NCBI GenBank assembly: GCA_030835925.1
Contig: JAURQW010000010.1
Location: 17,867 to 81,866 of the forward strand
Direction of reading: 5' to 3'
From: Gammaproteobacteria bacterium
GTDB taxonomy: Bacteria > Pseudomonadota > Gammaproteobacteria > GCA-002705445 > GCA-002716945
Length of the DNA: 64,000 nucleotides
The notes under the pieces are model-generated. The model saw only the letters and a list, made by a program, of their open reading frames with translations. It did not search any database and was not told the origin of the DNA. This document shows, in pieces, positions 58,990 through 64,000 of the stretch; the first letter of the stretch is position 1; each line of letters starts with the position of its first letter. The position numbers and the translations under genes were made by a program.

Positions 58990-59205
58990 ATGGCAGAAGA
59001 GCTTACAAAGAAAAAATCCGATCTAATTGATCAAATTGATTATAAAAACTTGGGTTTTTTGAAAAAATTTATTACAGAATCAGGTAAAATATCACCCAGA
59101 AGAGTTGCAGGGACATCTGCTAAAGAACAGAGAAGAGTTAATAAGGCAATCAAAATAGCTAGACATCTAGCATTATTGCCATTTTGTGATAATCATAAAC
59201 AATAA
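58990..59205 (+). CDS. rpsR: 30S ribosomal protein S18
   Basis: 71 aa. IDYKN...LKKFI.ESGKI.PRR..GTSAK.QR....AIK.AR.LALLP. Confidence 0.93.
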   Translation: MAEELTKKKSDLIDQIDYKNLGFLKKFITESGKISPRRVAGTSAKEQRRVNKAIKIARHLALLPFCDNHKQ

Positions 59206-59717
59206 TGGATGTATTACTTCTAAAAAATATTAAAAAGCTTGGCGAGATTGGATCTAAGGTCTCTGTTAAGTCAGGTTATGCTAGAAATTTTCTATTGCCT
59301 ACAAATCAAGCGGTCTTGCCAACAAAAGAAAACCTAGCAAAAGTTGAAGAACAAAAACAAGAATTATTAAAAATTGAAGAGGAAATGAGATCTAAAGCTT
59401 TGCTGGAGCAAGAGAAATTTAATAATTATGAGCTCTCTTTTGAAGTTAATATCCAAGAAGAAGATAAACTTTTTGGTTCTGTAACGTTACAGAATGTAGT
59501 GGATAAATTAAAAGAAGATGGTTTTGATTTACCAAAAAAACAAGTGAATCTTCCGTCAGGTCCAATTAAGATATTCAAAGATGATTATATTGCAACAATC
59601 AGCCTACACATAGATGTATTAGTAACGGTCCCAATTAAGCTCATTAAGATTACTAAATCGCCAGAAGAAACTCCTGAATCAACAGAAGTTGAACTAGACA
59701 CAGATACTTCTTCATAA
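59205..59717 (+). CDS. rplI: 50S ribosomal protein L9 (with an acidic C-terminal extension)
   Basis: 170 aa. M.VLLL.NI..LG..G..V.VK.GYARNFL.P. Confidence 0.92.
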   Translation: MDVLLLKNIKKLGEIGSKVSVKSGYARNFLLPTNQAVLPTKENLAKVEEQKQELLKIEEEMRSKALLEQEKFNNYELSFEVNIQEEDKLFGSVTLQNVVDKLKEDGFDLPKKQVNLPSGPIKIFKDDYIATISLHIDVLVTVPIKLIKITKSPEETPESTEVELDTDTSS

Positions 59718-59892
59718 ACATACGAAACTTAAATACAATAAAATCTATCTAATCATTCATATGATGCTATATGTTTCATAGTTAAATTTTTTATATCTAA
59801 ATACTTATGAGTTCCTTGATATTTAATTTATTCCACAATATTTCCACAGACTCTTATCTATAAAATCTATTATTTTTCAGTTAGAATAAATC

Positions 59893-61251
59893 ATGGATAG
59901 CAAAATACCATCTACACCAAAATCACTAGAAGCTGAGCAAGCCTTTTTGGGATCATTAATTATGGATTCATCTGCATGGGATCAGATATCTCATTTAATT
60001 CAGTCTAAGGATTTCGTTGATGTGAATCACAAAATTATATTTAACGAAATTTATGATCTTGCTTCTGCTGGACAAATCATAGATGTTGTAGTCCTAGAAG
60101 ACTGTCTTAAAAGCAAAGGTGTTCTAGATAAGATTGGCGGCCTTCCATACCTTGGGCAATTAGCTAGAAAAGTACCTACATCAGCTCATATCAAAGCATA
60201 TGCAGATATAATTAAAGAAAAATCTATTATGAGAGAACTAATTAACATAAGTAATCGAACAGTTCAGGCTGTACATCAGAGTGAGCACGGTGATGTTAAG
60301 GAGGTTTTAGATAAAGCAGAATCAGAAATTTTTGGAATATCTTCTCTATCAGCAGTAAATGATGGGTTGCATAAAATTGGTCCGGTTGTGAATTCATATA
60401 TTGAAACCGTATATAGTAAAAAAAATAGTGATGAAGTTGATTATCTTTTAACTGGTTATAGTGAGTTTGATAAATTAGTTTCAGGTTTGCAAAAATCAGA
60501 TCTAATAATAATAGCTGGCAGACCATCAATGGGAAAGACAGCATTTGCGATGAATATAGCTCAAGATATAGTCTTTAAACAGAAAAAAAAAGTTGGGTTC
60601 TTTAGTCTTGAAATGTCTGCACAATCTATTGCCTTAAGAATGCTTTCATCTCTAAGTTCTGTCTCACAACAAAAAATTAGAACTGGCGACTATGAGGCAT
60701 CACCTAAAGACACAAAACAAGTCACGTCTGCGATAGAAATGATGAATGATTGTGATTTTTATATTGATGATACTGCTGCAATATCACCAATGGATTTAAG
60801 ATCAAGAGCAAGACGCATGAAAAGGGAGTCAGGTATTGATATGATAATTGTTGATTACTTGCAACTAATGTCTATACCACAATATTCAGAGAACAGAGTA
60901 AACGAAATTGCCGAAGTAACAAGATCATTGAAGGCCATCGCTAAAGAGCTTGATTTGCCTGTAATAGCTCTATCACAACTTAACAGGGGCGTTGAAACAC
61001 GTAATGATAAACGTCCTTTTTTATCTGATCTAAGGGAATCAGGCTCTATTGAACAAGATGCTGATCTTATTATATTTTTGTATAGAGATGAAGTCTATGA
61101 TCCGAATACAGACCAAAAAAATATTGCGGAAATACGTGTAGAAAAACATAGAAACGGGCCTACCGGATTCGTGAAATTAACATTTGTGCCACATTGCACT
61201 AGGTTTGAAGACTACTTTCCACAAGTCTATGATGGAGTAGGAGAATATTAA
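59893..61251 (+). CDS. dnaB: Replicative DNA helicase DnaB
   Basis: 452 aa. P.S.EAEQAFLGS, GRPSMGKTAFA, VDYLQLM, SQLNR and LRESG.IEQDAD motifs. Confidence 0.95.
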   Translation: MDSKIPSTPKSLEAEQAFLGSLIMDSSAWDQISHLIQSKDFVDVNHKIIFNEIYDLASAGQIIDVVVLEDCLKSKGVLDKIGGLPYLGQLARKVPTSAHIKAYADIIKEKSIMRELINISNRTVQAVHQSEHGDVKEVLDKAESEIFGISSLSAVNDGLHKIGPVVNSYIETVYSKKNSDEVDYLLTGYSEFDKLVSGLQKSDLIIIAGRPSMGKTAFAMNIAQDIVFKQKKKVGFFSLEMSAQSIALRMLSSLSSVSQQKIRTGDYEASPKDTKQVTSAIEMMNDCDFYIDDTAAISPMDLRSRARRMKRESGIDMIIVDYLQLMSIPQYSENRVNEIAEVTRSLKAIAKELDLPVIALSQLNRGVETRNDKRPFLSDLRESGSIEQDADLIIFLYRDEVYDPNTDQKNIAEIRVEKHRNGPTGFVKLTFVPHCTRFEDYFPQVYDGVGEY

Positions 61252-61252
61252 A

Positions 61253-61576
61253 TTATTCTTCCAGAAATTGTAATTTATTCTCTTTGTTTTCCCATTCTTT
61301 AGCATCCTCAGGAGCGTCTTTGAATTCTGTTAATATCGGCCACTTTTTTGATAATCGCTCATTTAACTCTAAAAAATTTCTATTATCATCCGTTATATCC
61401 TCATCAGATATAATTGCATCTATTGGACATTCTGGAACACACAAACTACAGTCTATACATTCGTCAGGATTGATTACTAAAAAATTTGGACCTTCATGGA
61501 AACAGTCTACAGGACAAACTTCCACGCAGTCAGTATATTTACACTTTATACAATTTTCTGTGATAACATATGTCAT
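61253..61576 (-). CDS. fdxA: 7Fe ferredoxin (3Fe-4S + 4Fe-4S), FdxA type
   Basis: [29 protein letters not shown]...[12 protein letters not shown]. The start is moved from 61639 to ATG 61576, which gives the canonical TYV N-terminus. Confidence 0.88.
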   Translation of the reverse strand: MTYVITENCIKCKYTDCVEVCPVDCFHEGPNFLVINPDECIDCSLCVPECPIDAIISDEDITDDNRNFLELNERLSKKWPILTEFKDAPEDAKEWENKENKLQFLEE

Positions 61577-61637
61577 AAGAGTATTATTTTGCACTATATC
61601 TATAGTTTTTGCACATAAAAAATAAAAAATATTAAGC

Positions 61638-62507
61638 ATGAAAAAAATAAGAAAAGCAGTTTTTCCTGTAGCAGGCTTAGGGACAAGATTTCTCCCTGCG
61701 ACGAAGGCCAGTCCAAAGGAAATGTTGCCAATAGTAGATAAACCCCTTATTCAATATGCCGCAGAAGAAGCTGTTCAAGCTGGTATCGAGCAACTTATCT
61801 TTGTCCTTGGCAGAACTAAAAATGCGATTATAGATCATTTTGATGCTGCTCCAGATCTCGAATCTGACCTCAGAAGCAAAAATAAGAATTCTCTCTTGAA
61901 AACCGTTCAAAATATTGTACCTAAGAATATTGACTGTGTCTTTGTTAGACAAGATTTGCCATTAGGTCTTGGTCATGCAATTTATTGTGCTAAAAGTATT
62001 ATAAATGATGAACCTTTTGCAGTTATTTTAGCTGATGATTTAATAAAATCTAAAACACCATGTTTAAAACAAATGATTAATTTATATAGTGATATTAATT
62101 CGACAATAGTAGCCATTGAAAAAATTAACAAGAAAGATTGTAACAAGTATGGAATTATAGATTATTCATCCAAGTCTAAGTCTTTATATAGCCTAAAATC
62201 AATCATAGAAAAACCCAGTAATGCAAAAGCTAAGTCTAATTTAGCTGTTGTTGGAAGATATATATTACCTTCGAATATTTTTGGCAAAATCAAAAAGTCT
62301 AAACCCGGTGTTGGAAAAGAAATACAGATAACAGATGCAATTTCTGGATTAATTGAAGATCATGATGTGTATGGGTATGCTTTTGAAGGGAAAAGATTTG
62401 ATTGTGGAAGTAAATTAGGCTATTTGAAAGCAACTACTGAGTATGCGATGGAACACAAAGAATTATCTAGAGACTTTAAAAACTATCTAAAAAGATTAAA
62501 AATATAG
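61638..62507 (+). CDS. galU: UTP--glucose-1-phosphate uridylyltransferase
   Basis: 289 aa. [43 protein letters not shown]. Confidence 0.93.
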   Translation: MKKIRKAVFPVAGLGTRFLPATKASPKEMLPIVDKPLIQYAAEEAVQAGIEQLIFVLGRTKNAIIDHFDAAPDLESDLRSKNKNSLLKTVQNIVPKNIDCVFVRQDLPLGLGHAIYCAKSIINDEPFAVILADDLIKSKTPCLKQMINLYSDINSTIVAIEKINKKDCNKYGIIDYSSKSKSLYSLKSIIEKPSNAKAKSNLAVVGRYILPSNIFGKIKKSKPGVGKEIQITDAISGLIEDHDVYGYAFEGKRFDCGSKLGYLKATTEYAMEHKELSRDFKNYLKRLKI

Positions 62508-62557
62508 AAAATATTATTGATGATATTCTATTTATCAATTATGATGCCTTATCTTAT

Positions 62558-62630
62558 TCCTCGGTAGCTCAGTTGGTAGAGCGAGTGACTGTTAATCACC
62601 AGGTCGGCGGTTCGAGTCCGTCCCGAGGAG
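62558..62630 (+). tRNA. tRNA-Asn (anticodon GTT)
   Basis: TCCTCGG-TA-GCTC-AGTTGGTA-GAGC-G-AGTGA-CTGTTAA-TCACC-AGGTC-GGCGG-TTCGAGT-CCGTC-CCGAGGA-G. It forms a clean cloverleaf. No CCA is encoded. Confidence 0.93.
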
Positions 62631-62634
62631 TAGT

Positions 62635-63810
62635 TTAAAGAGAGTTGACTATTCTTTTCATGGCTTCTTTTAGAGAATCCATGTCAATAGCAATAGATAT
62701 TCTGATGTGACCTTCTTGACCAAATGCACTTCCCGGAACAACCGCAACTTTAGCAGTATTTAATAAATGGAGTGCTAATTCTGTATCATTAGTAATTTTT
62801 TTGCTATTTGCTATATATTCTTTGAATGAAGGAAAAACATAAAATGTACCATCAGTTTCTTTACACATGACCCCGTCTATCAAGTTTAATTCATTAACAA
62901 CATAATCATGTCTTTTTTTATATTCTTTTGTCATTAGTGGCATTTCGTCACATGTTTGCGATAGAGCTGCGCAAGCCGCAGCCTGCGAAATTGAACTTGC
63001 ACAAGATGTACTCTGAGACTGAAGAGTTTTCATTTTTTTTATGATTTCTTTATTTCCTGCAGCATACCCAATCCTCCATCCTGTCATTGAATATGCTTTT
63101 GATACACCATTGAGCACAATTGTTCTATCTTTTAATTTAGGACATGCATTCACAATGTTATGAAACTTTTCTTTATTCCAATGAATATGTTCATATATAT
63201 CATCAGATGATACGTATACGTCATTGTATCTTAAAAGAATATCACCAAGTTTTCTCAATAACTCAGAGGTAAAGTATTTGCCACTAGGATTATTTGGACT
63301 GTTCAACATGAATAATTTTGTTTTATTAGTTAGAAGCGCTTCAAAATCAGATGGATTTATATCAAAATTCTCTTCATAACTTGTTTCAAGCATTATTGGA
63401 GTTCCACCTGAATATACAACCATGTCAGCATAAGATACCCAGTATGGCTGAGGTATGATAACTTCATCGCCTTCATCGATTAATACTTGTAGAAGATTAA
63501 ATATTGACTGTTTACAGCCAGCTGACACAATTACTTCATCCATCTCATAATCTAGATGATTCTCATTTTTGAATTTGCTGATTATTGCTTTTTTGAGATT
63601 TACAGTGCCATCCACAGATGTATACTTTGTCTGTCCACTATCTATGGCATTTTTCGCTGCTTCTTTAATATATTGAGGTGTATCGAAGTCAGGCTCACCT
63701 ACAGTTAAGACAAGCACATCCTCTCCATTTTGGCGCATTTCGTTCGCCTTGGATGTTAGTGCCATTGTCGATGATGGTTTAATTAATTTTATTCTATTTG
63801 AGAACGTCAA
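62635..63810 (-). CDS. Class I pyridoxal-phosphate aminotransferase (aspartate aminotransferase-like)
   Basis: 391 aa with a TTG start. GEPDFDTP, NSPNNPSG, and SKAYSMTGWRIGY (PLP lysine). Confidence 0.85.
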   Translation of the reverse strand: MTFSNRIKLIKPSSTMALTSKANEMRQNGEDVLVLTVGEPDFDTPQYIKEAAKNAIDSGQTKYTSVDGTVNLKKAIISKFKNENHLDYEMDEVIVSAGCKQSIFNLLQVLIDEGDEVIIPQPYWVSYADMVVYSGGTPIMLETSYEENFDINPSDFEALLTNKTKLFMLNSPNNPSGKYFTSELLRKLGDILLRYNDVYVSSDDIYEHIHWNKEKFHNIVNACPKLKDRTIVLNGVSKAYSMTGWRIGYAAGNKEIIKKMKTLQSQSTSCASSISQAAACAALSQTCDEMPLMTKEYKKRHDYVVNELNLIDGVMCKETDGTFYVFPSFKEYIANSKKITNDTELALHLLNTAKVAVVPGSAFGQEGHIRISIAIDMDSLKEAMKRIVNSL

Positions 63811-63880
63811 CGTATTTCCTTGATATGTAATATTATCTCAAACGAGTCTTTTAAGTCAACTTCATGTTAAAATATTTTAT

Positions 63881-64000
63881 ATGAAGAAGTTTAATCTTGT
63901 TTCAAAATTTAATGCTGCTGGTGATCAACCTATGGCAATTAAGTCTCTAATTAAGGGGATTGAGTCTGGTGACCAGCATCAAACATTGCTTGGTGTTACT
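63881..64000 (+). CDS. uvrB: Excinuclease ABC subunit B, N-terminal 40 codons (continues beyond the window)
   Basis: My translation is [40 protein letters not shown]. It matches the UvrB N-terminus (F.L.S.....GDQP.AI..L..G......QTLLGVTGSGKT). Confidence 0.8.
   Translation, partial: MKKFNLVSKFNAAGDQPMAIKSLIKGIESGDQHQTLLGVT

Noticed and set aside
62630-62637. The 4-nt gap between the tRNA-Asn 3' end and the convergent aminotransferase stop as evidence of a truncated gene or integration scar.
   Set aside because: The tRNA folds completely, the aminotransferase has a normal C-terminus, and no repeat or partial tRNA copy is nearby. This is simply tight packing.

Overview
This is an AT-rich, tightly packed bacterial chromosome segment with many 1-14 nt gene overlaps. 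Gene order follows Pseudomonas-type gammaproteobacterial core synteny. The clusters are: HAD-ubiG-amidohydrolase / gyrA-pheA-hisC-tyrA-aroA-cmk-rpsA-ihfB-lapA-lapB-pyrF; queA-tgt-yajC-secD-secF; suhB / trmJ-iscR-iscS-iscA-hscB-hscA-fdx-iscX-ndk-hisS-yfgM-bamB-der; queF, smc-ligA, dapD, mltF, rne / rluC-sppA-nnrD-tsaE-miaA-hfq-hflK-hflC-yjeT-hisZ-purA-rlmB-rpsF-rpsR-rplI-dnaB; fdxA / galU, tRNA-Asn, an aspC-like aminotransferase and the start of uvrB. Several genes that usually sit inside these clusters are missing (serC, iscU, zipA, amiB, mutL, hflX), and some retained genes look reduced: a five-domain S1, an SMC with no recognisable hinge, and amidohydrolase and SuhB homologues with degenerate catalytic motifs. 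This pattern fits a streamlined genome. The only clearly accessory DNA is a ~5.8 kb insertion (about 15062-20853) that splits a tRNA-Leu(CAA) gene exactly in its anticodon loop. It is flanked by a 9-bp direct repeat, ~24-bp inverted repeats and 28-bp direct repeats. I found no integrase or transposase in it. It carries its own intact tRNA-Leu(CAA) and a restriction-modification-like cassette: two adjacent DNA methyltransferases, a convergent 894-aa Mrr-like nuclease + SF2 DEAH helicase with an uncharacterised ~300-aa C-terminal region, and a divergent small ORF broken at an A7 slippery tract. I regard this island, meaning both its insertion architecture and its nuclease-helicase/MTase cargo, as the best candidate for something new. 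All functional calls rest on motifs and synteny read by eye; no database search was run.
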